A stretch of 64,000 nucleotides of DNA. Source: an uncultured delta proteobacterium. GTDB taxonomy: Bacteria > Desulfobacterota > WTBG01 > CAIYCZ01 > CAIRTM01. The translations under genes were made by a program, and so were the position numbers. The notes beneath the pieces are model-generated. The model was not told the DNA's origin. It worked only from the letters and a program-made list of their open reading frames with translations, and made no database searches. Each line of letters starts with the position of its first letter. Positions within the stretch are counted from its first letter, which is position 1. The DNA is taken from positions 128,001 to 192,000 of the forward strand of contig CAWDSQ010000007.1 of NCBI GenBank assembly GCA_963804955.1, given 5' to 3'. This document shows positions 55,231 to 64,000 of this stretch, in pieces.

Positions 55231-55717
55231 AAAAGCTCCGTCTCTTTCGGTAAATACACCTTTTTTTACTTCGCAAACACCCGGACAGCCCCTTAAAATT
55301 GAACCGCCAGGGTAAGAGCCCCGGTTGCCGCGGTTATTATCAGGGCTCTGAGTTTTCAGAATCCTTCCATTGCCGGGCTGTTACCTGTTTGATTAAAACT
55401 GTTGTTTTGATTATTTGCCGCTTATCTGTTAAGAAATGAAGTATAGTTTCCGGGTCAATGGCCTGTCAAGGCAATTGTCCGTCTCGTGGTCGCATTACGA
55501 TTCAACAAGAAGAAAAGGCTTTCCCTGCTTGATGTATCTGCCTGATTGGTGGCTCTATGCCAGGGCGATGCGTCTGGTGGCTGCGCAGGCAGGCCCTCAA
55601 CCGCCAAGGCTTGCTGGAACTTTTGCCGTGCAGCTTCGTCGGATACTGGTTGTTCGAAGGAGAAGACGTCGCTCAAATTCTTCCGCGGAGAGGGGGCTCT
55701 TTTTCAGCAGACAGGGA

Positions 55718-55768
55718 TTGACATATCTGCCGTTTATCGTTATCTATAGAAAAAATAGATTAAACGGC
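55718..55768 (+). promoter_or_regulatory. Promoter overlapped by a palindromic, ModE-box-like site upstream of the fdh cluster
   Basis: TTGACA at 55718; GCCGTTTA...TAAACGGC enclosing ATCGTTATCTA...TAGAT. Confidence 0.4.
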
Positions 55769-55830
55769 TTGAGTTACACAACAGCATAAGCCTGTTTCCC
55801 CGGACAGTTAAAAATAGAAGACAGTCTACT

Positions 55831-56058
55831 ATGAGCAAAGCGGCGGTACCGGCAATGCATGAAAAGGGCTTTTTCTATCCCCACATTATTGCCTTCTGCT
55901 GTAACTGGTGCAGCTATGCCGGTGCCGATCTCGCCGGCTCTCTGCGGCTGAAATACGCCGCCAATATCCGCACGATCAGGGTCATGTGCAGCGGCAGGAT
56001 TTCCCCCCACTTTATCATTAAAGCCTTTCAGGACGGCGCCGCAGTGAGGTCCCGATGA
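55831..56058 (+). pseudogene. mvhD: N-terminal fragment of an MvhD/FlxD-type iron-sulfur subunit
   Basis: [20 protein letters not shown]...IRVMCSGR; similarity stops after FQDGA, GC..GDCHY half absent. Confidence 0.75.
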
Positions 56059-56086
56059 ACACTCACAATGTAGAGCAGGGTTTGTG

Positions 56087-58787
56087 ATGTCTACGCAGCA
56101 GCACATTACCATCGACGGCAATCAGTACGGCTTTCAAAGCGGAGAGACGATTTTCCAGGTGGCGGTGCGCAACGGCATTAAGATCCCTTTCCTGTGCTAT
56201 CTGAAAGGCACGACGCCCACAGGCGCCTGCCGCATGTGCCTGGTCGAGGTCGAGGGGGCCCGCAGCCTTGTGGCATCATGCGCAACACCGGCTTCGCCGG
56301 GCATGGTCGTCAAGAGCGCATCCGAGCGGGTACTGAAATTCCGCAGGATGAATCTGCAGCTGCTGCTCTCCTCGGGGCATCACTACTGCGTCACCTGCGA
56401 GGCTGACGGCGACTGCCGGCTGCAGAGCCTTGCCTATGAATACAAGATCGACACGATCGATTACCGGGAAGCGCCGCAGAAGCACCCCGTGGAGGTCAAC
56501 ACGCTCATCACCCGGGACTTTTCCCGCTGCATCATGTGCGGCTGCTGCGTGCAGGCGTGCAATGAGGTGCAGGTCAACCAGGCCATATCCTGCGGCTACC
56601 GGGGCGTTGCTTCAAAGATCGTCGCCACGGGCGACAGGGCCTATGCTGATTCGGACTGCGTCTTTTGCGGCGAGTGCGTCCGCGTCTGCCCGGTGGGGGC
56701 GCTCGTCGAGACCCAGAGCCGCTTCAAGGGCAAAGTCCGGGATCTGCAGAAAGTGAAGACCACCTGCGGCTACTGCGGCGTGGGCTGCCAGCTGTATCTG
56801 CACGTGAAGGACGGCAGGGTCGTGAAGGTGACCGGCTCTGACACCGATGCGCCCAACTACGGCAGCCTCTGCGTGAAGGGCCGCTTTGCCTATGACTTCA
56901 TTCATGACGAGACAGCGCCTGACCACCCCCCTGATCAGGGAGAACGGGTCGCTCCGGGAAGCCTCATGGGATGAAGCGCTCGGGCTTGTGGCCTCACGGC
57001 TTGCATCGATCAAAAAAGAAAGCGGGCCTGATGCCATCGGCGTGCTGGCAAGCGCACGCATCACCAATGAAGACAACTATGTGATACAGAAGTTTGCCCG
57101 GGCCGCCATCGGCACCAACAATGTCGATCACTGCGCGCGGCTTTGACACTCCTCCACCGTGGCCGGTCTGGCCGCAGCGTTTGGCAGTGGCGCAATGACA
57201 AACCCGATAGCCGACATCAGCCTCTCCGATGTCATCCTCATAACAGGCTCAAACACCACCGAGAACCATCCGGTCCTTTCCTCCTATGTGAAGCGGGCCG
57301 TGACGCGGGAAGGCAAGAAGCTGATCGTCATCGACCCGCGCAGGATACCCATAACGCGCTACGCCACACTGTGGCTGCGGCAGAACCTCGGGCACCGATG
57401 TGGCCTGGATCAACGGCCTGATGCAGGTGATCATCAGCGAAGGCCTGTATGACAGGGATTTTGTTGCAACGCGCACCACGGGCTTTGACGCTCTGAAAAA
57501 GGCGGTTGAAAAATACACCCCGGCCTATACGGAAAAGATAACCGGCATACCGGCCGATATTCTCGCAGCAGCCGCCCGTATGTATGCCGGCGGGCAAGCC
57601 CTCCTCGATACTCTATGCCATGGGCATAACCCAGCACATTACCGGAACCGACAATGTGAAGTCGCTTGCCAACCTTGCCATGCTCTGCGGCAACCTGGGC
57701 AAGGCCGGCGGGGGCGTAAACCCCCTGCGCGGCCAGAACAATGTGCAGGGCTGCTGCGACATGGGCTGCCTGCCCAATGTGTTTCCCGGCTACCAGAAGG
57801 TGGACAGCCCTGAGGTGCGGGAAAAGTTTGCCAAAGCCTGGGGCGTTAAAGAGCTTTCTGCAAAGCCGGGCCTGACCGCCACGGAAATGATGGACAAAGC
57901 GCACAGTGGAGAGGTGAAGGCCCTCTATATCATCGGTGAAAATCCCATGGTCTCCGACCCTGACCTTTCCCATGCCAGAAAAAGCCTCCAGAAGCTCGAC
58001 CTGCTTGTGGTGCAGGACATTTTTATGACCGAGACCGCGCAGCTTGCCGATGTCGTGCTGCCGTCGGCATCATTTGCCGAGAAAGACGGCACCTTCACCA
58101 ACACGGAGCGCAAGGTGCAGCTGGTGCGCAAGGCTGTCGATGCGCCCGGCAGCGCACGGGAAGACTGGCGGATAGTGGCCGGCCTTGCCTCGGCCATGGG
58201 CTATGACCTGGGCTGCGGCTCGGCTGAAAAGATCATGGCCGAGATCACGCGCCCTTACCCCCTCCTATGGCGGCATCACGTGCGACAGGCTGCAGGCCGG
58301 CGGCCTGACCTGGCCCTGCCCGAACCCCGAACATCCGGGCACCCCGCGACTGCATATCGATCAGTTTACCCATGGGCTGGGCGTGTTCCATGCCATCGAG
58401 TACCTGCCACCTGCCGAGGTTGCGGACGCTGAGTACCCGGTGTACCTCACCACGGGGCGGGTGCTCTACCAGTATCACACGGGCACGATGACCATGAAGT
58501 CGCCGGGCGTGCACGAGCGCGAGCCCGCGTGCTTTGTAGAGATTGCAGGCCGGGACGCCCAAGACTGGGGCATCAGCGACAATGAGAAGATAAAAATTAT
58601 TTCGCGGCGCGGCTCAATCGAAGCCTCGGCGCGCATTTCGGACCAGGCTGTGCAGGGAACCATTTTCATCCCGTTCCATTATGCCCGGGCTGCGGTGAAT
58701 ACCCTCACCAACGGCGCCCTTGACCCAACGGCTAAAATTCCGGAGTTCAAGGTCTGCGCCGTGAGAGTTGAAAAGAAACACGATTGA
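56087..58787 (+). CDS. fdhA: Selenocysteine-containing Mo/W formate dehydrogenase alpha subunit with N-terminal NuoG-like Fe-S domains (frameshifted)
   Basis: GACRMC, H..C..C, two ferredoxin motifs, [53 protein letters not shown]. Confidence 0.92.
57144..57175 (+). promoter_or_regulatory. In-frame UGA (Sec) plus bacterial SECIS hairpin
   Basis: TGA 57144-57146; stem GTGGCC/GGCCGC with GGTCT loop starting 12 nt downstream, resembling the E. coli fdhF SECIS. Confidence 0.88.
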
Positions 58788-58806
58788 ACACGGGAGATAT
58801 TTTTGC

Positions 58807-59308
58807 ATGCAAGCTGCACGAAAGCTACAGGCTCTGCTGCCTGACCTGACCGACGATGACCTGCAGCGGATCGACGCCGTCATCGATCGCTACAGAAACA
58901 GGCCCGGCTGCCTGATACCGGTGCTCGAGGAGTGCCAGGAGATAGTCGGCTATCTGCCCGTCGAGCTGCAGGAGTATATCGGCAGGGGCCTCAATATAGC
59001 GGGCTGCACCATTTACGGCGTCGTGACCTTTTACTCGTTTTTTACCATGGTGCCCAAGGGCAGGCATACCATCAAGGTCTGCATGGGAACAGCCTGCTAT
59101 GTCAAGGGCATCGGCGAGGTGCTGGCCCGCATCCAGGCTGCCTATAACCTGGAGGTAGGCAAGACAACGGCAGACCGGCGGTTTTCGCTTGAAGCGGTCC
59201 GCTGCCTCGGCGCCTGCGGCCTTGCGCCTGTCATCGTTAGTGGATAATGATACGCACGGCGGCGTGACGCCGGAAAGCACGCTGAAGATTCTTGAAAACT
59301 ATACCTGA
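58807..59308 (+). CDS. NuoE/HndA-like 2Fe-2S subunit (frameshift near 59240)
   Basis: GVVTFYSFF, VCMGTACYVKG, RCLGACGLAP. Confidence 0.9.
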
Positions 59309-59338
59309 GAGCGCCGCAGCCAATAGAAGGGTCAAAAT

Positions 59339-59719
59339 ATGAAAAAAATTACCCGAGCACAGCTTGACCAGATACGCGAGCGGATGGTGAAAGAAAGCGG
59401 GCCTTCTCCAGCAGGGGATGCGGTGAGGGTGACGGTGCACATGGGCACCTGCGGTATTGCCGCCGGCGGGCAGAACGTTCTGGACGCGCTCAACGGCGAG
59501 ATCGCCGCTTCGGGCAGAAAGGACATCCGCGTCATCATATCAGCGTGCATGGGCCTGTGCAGCAGCGAGCCCAACATTACGGTCTGGCGCGCCGGCGAAG
59601 ATCCGGTCATTTACCAGGGTCTTAATGCTGACAAGATGCGGGAGATATTCAAGGAGCACATACAGGGCGGGGATGTGGTCAGCCAGTATGCCCTTGTCCG
59701 GATGCGGCAGACACAGTAG
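59339..59719 (+). CDS. Thioredoxin-like 2Fe-2S ferredoxin (HndB/HydD-like)
   Basis: HMGTCGIAAG, SACMGLCSSEP, EHI.GG. Confidence 0.85.
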   Translation: MKKITRAQLDQIRERMVKESGPSPAGDAVRVTVHMGTCGIAAGGQNVLDALNGEIAASGRKDIRVIISACMGLCSSEPNITVWRAGEDPVIYQGLNADKMREIFKEHIQGGDVVSQYALVRMRQTQ

Positions 59720-59734
59720 CGAGGATTGAGCACC

Positions 59735-61239
59735 ATGACGCCTAAAAAAACAGCCACGGTTCCCTATATCGACGAGCACCCGTACTTCAAGCACCAGCAG
59801 CTGATCGTGCTTCGCAACAAGGGAATCGATCCGGAAAGCATCGATGCCTATATCGGCACCGGCGGGTACCAGGCCGCGGCCAAAGCCCTGCTTGACATGA
59901 CCCCGCAGGATATCATTGCCCAGGTGCAGATATCGGGCCTGCGCGGCCGCGGCGGCGGCGGCTACCCCACAGGGCCAGAAGCTCGCGTTTGCCGGCAAAG
60001 TGGAAAGCGACATCAAGTACGTGCTCTGCAATGCCGACGAGGGCGACCCCGGCGCCTTCATGGACAGAAGCGTGCTTGAGGCAGACCCGCACGCGGTGAT
60101 CGAGGGCATGCTCATCGAGGCCCGGGCCATCGGCGCCTCAAAGGGATATATTTACTGCAGGGCCGAATACCCGCTTGCGATCAAGCGCCTCACCATCGCC
60201 ATCGAGCAGGCCCGCGCCTACGGGCTTCTCGGGCACAACATTCTCGGCAGCGGCTTTGATTTAGATATCGAAATTTACCAGGGCGCCGGCGCCTTCGTGT
60301 GCGGCGAGGAGACGGCGCTCATCACACTCCATTGAAGGCAAGCGGGGCATGCCGCGGCCGCGGCCGCCGTTCCCGGCTGTGCAGGGCCTGTGGCAGAAGC
60401 CGACCGTGCTCAATAATGTCGAGACGTATGCCAATATCCCTCAGATTATTCTGAATGGCGGCCAGTGGTATGCCGGCATCGGCACCGAGACGAGCAAGGG
60501 CACCAAGGTGTTTGCCCTGACCGGCGCGGTCAACAATATCGGCCTCGTGGAAGTGCCCATGGGCACCACGCTGCGGACCATTATTTTCGACATCGGCGGC
60601 GGCATCCCCAAGAAGCGCAAGTTCAAGGCCGTGCAGCTCGGCGGCCCCTCGGGCGGCTGCGTGCCCGAGCAGTTCCTGGACATACCCGTGGATTACGAGT
60701 CCATCGCCAAAGTGGGCGCCATCATGGGCTCGGGCGGCATGATCGTCATGCACGATCGCACCTGCATGGTCGACATGGCGCGCTTCTTCATGGAGTTTAT
60801 TCAGGAGGAGTCCTGCGGCAAGTGCACGCCCTGCCGCGAGGGCACGCGGCGCATGCATGAGCTTCTGGTGCGCATCACCAAGGGCTCGGGCCAGGAGGGC
60901 GACATCGAGCGGCTTGAGGACCTGTGCGCCATGGTCAAGGACGGCTCGCTGTGCGGCCTGGGCCAGACCGCCCCGAACCCCGTGCTGTCAACCCTGCAGT
61001 ATTTCCGGGAAGAATACGAAGGGCATATCAGGGAGAAGAAATGCACGGCAAAGCGCTGCCCGGCGCTGATCGAGTTTGTGGTCAATTCCGAAGCCTGCAA
61101 GCGCTGCGGCGTGTGCTTCAAAAGCTGCCCGGTTCATGCTATTACATGGAATAAGGGCCAGCCTGCGAGCATTGACCGGAGCAAATGCATCAAGTGCATG
61201 AGCTGCATCATGAACTGCCCCTTCGACGCCATCTATTGA
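59735..61239 (+). CDS. NuoF/HndC-like FMN/NADH-binding subunit with two C-terminal 4Fe-4S clusters (frameshifted)
   Basis: [55 protein letters not shown], two CxxCxxCxxxCP. Confidence 0.92.
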
Positions 61240-61377
61240 TCGGCAAGCGCTGAAAGGTGCTCGCCTGATATTTCCAGCGGAGCACCCTCTCTGTGCCCAT
61301 GCCCTGCGCCGTTATGGCCAGGTGCCGGGCACGGCAGGCCCGCATACGACGTTTTAAAACTGCTGTAAGCTGCCCGC

Positions 61378-62643
61378 ATGGATACCTGGAGCATAGACGG
61401 CCTCACGATAACCCTTGGCAAGGAGGGGTCCGGCCAGTACCTGAAAGCAAGCTACCCGGTCCGCTACGGCCGGTATGCCGAAATAAAAAACAGGCGCTAC
61501 ATCTTCCAGTTCAATCTGAACGGGGAAATAAAATTCATTCAGGGGCAGAGCCATGTCTGGCATCATAACGAGTGGCTGAAGAGGACCGTCGCGAACGACT
61601 GGATCTATTACACCACAAACAGCTACAGCAGCCTCTTCAGCCTGATTGGCGAATATTATCTTCCCTGCTTTGCCTACGACAGCAACCCCTATGCCGTGAC
61701 CAACCCTTTTACAACGCAGGCCGTTACAAAAGCCCTTGCCGCAGCCGAGCATATCCGGGCACAGATTGCCGGCCTGTCCGCTGCGTCTCTTCCCGAACAT
61801 GCGCGCGCTTTTTTGCGCCGCATTGCCGCCAATGATCCCGCTCTGCTTGCGGCGCGGGCAGAGGCGCTGCACACAATTCTCGGGTGCCGCGTAACGGTGC
61901 TCCCGCCCGACACCCGCGACGTTGACTACGACGTCATTCCCGTCATGATCGCCGACGGTTGCCTCTATAAATGCGGCTTCTGCTCCGTCAAGACCGGACA
62001 AAGCTTCGCCCCCCGCAGCAGGCAGAACATACTCGGACAGCTGCAGAAGCTGAAGGATTTTTACGGCCCCGACCTGCGCAACTACAACTCGCTCCTGCTG
62101 GGCCAGCATGACGCGCTCTTTGCCGGGCAGGAGCTTATCGAGTATGCCGCGGAAAAAGCCTATGAGCTGCTCGAGCTTGAGCGCTCCTTCATGAGCGGCC
62201 CCAGGCTGTTCCTGTTCGGCAGCGTCGGGTCGCTGCTTGCAGCGCCGGAGGCGCTTTTCAGGAGCCTCAATGCCACACCCTTCTTTACCTCTATCAATAT
62301 CGGGCTTGAATCGGCGCAGCAGGAATCCCTTGATCTCCTGCAAAAGCCTCTTCAGGAACGGCTGGTCAGGGATTCATTTGCGCGGATGATGGATATAAAC
62401 AAAGCCTATGAACGGATAGAAATCAGCGCTAATTTCGTGACGGGAGATCCCCTTCCGGAGCAGCACATCACGTCCATGGCCGGCCTTGTCGCCGGCAGCA
62501 TCGACCGGCAGTGCAGCAAGGGCGCCATCTATCTCTCTCCCCTTTCGTCGCAGGAGCCTCTGAGAAAAATCAGAGACCAAATTTATGCGCTCAAGAGAAG
62601 CAGCCGCATGCCCGTATTCCTGTATCTCATGCAGCGGCTCTGA
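61378..62643 (+). CDS. Radical SAM protein of unknown function
   Basis: GCLYKCGFC CX3CX2C motif in the middle of the protein; NIGLES. Confidence 0.8.
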   Translation: MDTWSIDGLTITLGKEGSGQYLKASYPVRYGRYAEIKNRRYIFQFNLNGEIKFIQGQSHVWHHNEWLKRTVANDWIYYTTNSYSSLFSLIGEYYLPCFAYDSNPYAVTNPFTTQAVTKALAAAEHIRAQIAGLSAASLPEHARAFLRRIAANDPALLAARAEALHTILGCRVTVLPPDTRDVDYDVIPVMIADGCLYKCGFCSVKTGQSFAPRSRQNILGQLQKLKDFYGPDLRNYNSLLLGQHDALFAGQELIEYAAEKAYELLELERSFMSGPRLFLFGSVGSLLAAPEALFRSLNATPFFTSINIGLESAQQESLDLLQKPLQERLVRDSFARMMDINKAYERIEISANFVTGDPLPEQHITSMAGLVAGSIDRQCSKGAIYLSPLSSQEPLRKIRDQIYALKRSSRMPVFLYLMQRL

Positions 62644-63219
62644 AGCATGCGGGGGTGAGGCTTGAAATGCTGCCGGGCTTTTTAGCCTTCCAGCTGCAGC
62701 TGAAACTGACGGTAACCTGTATTTGAAAAGCACGCGAAGAATCGCTGCAGGGAAGAGCACGCTATATATTCTGCGGCTCTACGGCCATGACCGGACTTCC
62801 TCCATGGTGTGCCAGCACCAGTTAAGCAGCTTGTGGTTTGCATGCAAAAACGGGCAGGTCATGTCTGTGCGGCTCTCTGCCTGCGCACGGCCATTTTAAA
62901 AACCGTTTGTCAACCTTCATGGAATAATCACAGATACTGCAAGCTGCGGCTGAGCTTGTGTCATGCCGGGGTCAGTACAGAGGCCCGACGACATCGATAT
63001 GGGTAAGATAGAGCCGGACCTCAAGGCCATGCTCATGCATCAGGTTATTGCAGGGATGCTGAATTGAGCTATTCATGGTAACCCCTGGTCGGCCCGCAAT
63101 TCGCGCGAACCACCGTTGATTTTTTCGCAGATCCATGATATAAATCGAAAAGATTTTCAATGGGTTGCATTCAAAAGCGCTTCAACAAACTGCTCAGCAG
63201 ATGGATAAAGGAGAAAAGC

Positions 63220-63411
63220 ATGGCTACGGACGAACTTAAAAAGGCAATTCAAAAGGCGATTGACGATCATGTTGTCACCTCAAAAGAATTCGAAGAAATC
63301 ATGAGTATAGCCGAAGCCGATGGCCGTATCGACAAGGAAGAGCGCACGCTGCTGAGAGAGCTTCACAAAATGCTTATTGATAAGATCATCACGTGGAAGC
63401 AGGAGCCCTGA
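63220..63411 (+). CDS. Small hypothetical protein (TerB/EF-hand-like helical)
   Basis: AAGGAG RBS; AEADGRIDKEER motif. Confidence 0.6.
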   Translation: MATDELKKAIQKAIDDHVVTSKEFEEIMSIAEADGRIDKEERTLLRELHKMLIDKIITWKQEP

Positions 63412-63711
63412 GCCGGCAGCAGCCTTTTGCCTGATCTTTACCGGGACGAGGCGCTGCCTCGTCTTTCTTTTTAAACAACCGGGTTCGAAACTTGATATTG
63501 CACGTGATGAGGTCATTGCGTTTGACTTCGGCGCCTGCGCCTCCTGCTGGAAACCTTCATGATGATATGATATAAGAATATGAATGGGCCTTCTTCCCGT
63601 ACGCGGACAGCCAGGAGAGTGATTGATAATTCAACCTGCAGTCCGGCTCAATATAGAAGGGAAGGCAATTCCGCCCGTACCTGGAGAGCCGATATATCAG
63701 GAAGGTTTGCA

Positions 63712-64000
63712 ATGAAAAAGTTATTGCTCCGTGACCTTGATCCTGTGTGCCGCATGCTGTTTGCTCGCAGCAGGCTGCAAAGAGGTAAGCGAAAAAGAAT
63801 TATATTATGATGCAACGGTAGAACCCGGCAGAATCGCGGCGTCGGGCTATTACGAAATATACACTATGGAATGCTGCGTTATTTTTAAGGCGGGTTTTTT
63901 AAAGCGCTATGCCGGCTGGGATATCGTAGCAATAAAGCTTTTCAATCCCGTAGACAATCAAACAATCAGCTATACACCTGAAATCTATCAGGTTGAAGCC
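63712..64000 (+). CDS. Putative lipoprotein, partial (frameshift near 63730; runs off the window)
   Basis: MKKLLL then shifted frame VTLILCAACCLLAAGC-KEV... open to the window end. Confidence 0.5.

Noticed and set aside
55320..55380. Fluoride riboswitch-like GGCAATGG on minus strand
   Set aside because: Pseudoknot complement and conserved CTGATGAC..CT tail are missing
55436..55789. 117-aa ORF upstream of the fdh cluster
   Set aside because: Atypical composition, no motif, overlaps the probable promoter
56056..56058. TGA in the mvhD fragment as selenocysteine
   Set aside because: Not at a conserved Cys position, no SECIS, and no homology after it
56063..56087. Rex operator (TCACAA...TTGTGA)
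   Set aside because: Half-sites are in the wrong order and spacing for TTGTGAA-N4-TTCACAA
62700..63200. Short ORFs or possible TGA read-through on the minus strand
   Set aside because: No recognisable homology or SECIS; cannot be supported

Overview
Chromosomal 64-kb segment of an anaerobic Gram-negative bacterium, most likely Desulfobacterota/'deltaproteobacterium'. That placement is inferred from gene content: the IorAB-PaaK-ACT-Liv cluster, multiheme cytochromes c, a Sec-containing formate dehydrogenase and the PICxxCKKIRD tail domain. More than 25 otherwise intact genes are split by single-base frameshifts, typical of an uncorrected long-read assembly, so they are annotated here as whole genes. 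Main blocks: (1) flavodoxin-like gene plus a ferredoxin-dependent bilin reductase (FDBR/RCCR-fold) homolog; (2) aryl-pyruvate/aryl-acetate catabolism and uptake operon (iorA-iorB-paaK-ACT-livKHMGF-paaK2) with an upstream porin; (3) accessory enzymes and secreted proteins (phosphotriesterase-like, QueE, SDR, TSP3/FG-GAP protein, cupredoxin-like); (4) signalling block (CheY-CheC-PAS; DUF432-MscS-DUF2914-diadenylate cyclase/YbbR; cNMP-domain Ser/Thr kinase); (5) core genes (rlmN, dksA, sigma-70 paralog, dapB, dtd, ispB-like, comF, rsfS, nadD) with two tetraheme cytochromes; (6) a second Liv system and a GT4/GH130 pair; (7) a selenocysteine formate dehydrogenase with an HndABC-like module and a radical SAM gene. 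No rRNA, tRNA, CRISPR array or transposase was seen. Best leads: the bilin-reductase-like gene in a non-phototroph, the DUF432-MscS-DAC c-di-AMP operon, and a pseudoknot-like intergenic RNA candidate at about 22.87-23.03 kb. All family calls come from motif recognition by eye; no searches were run.
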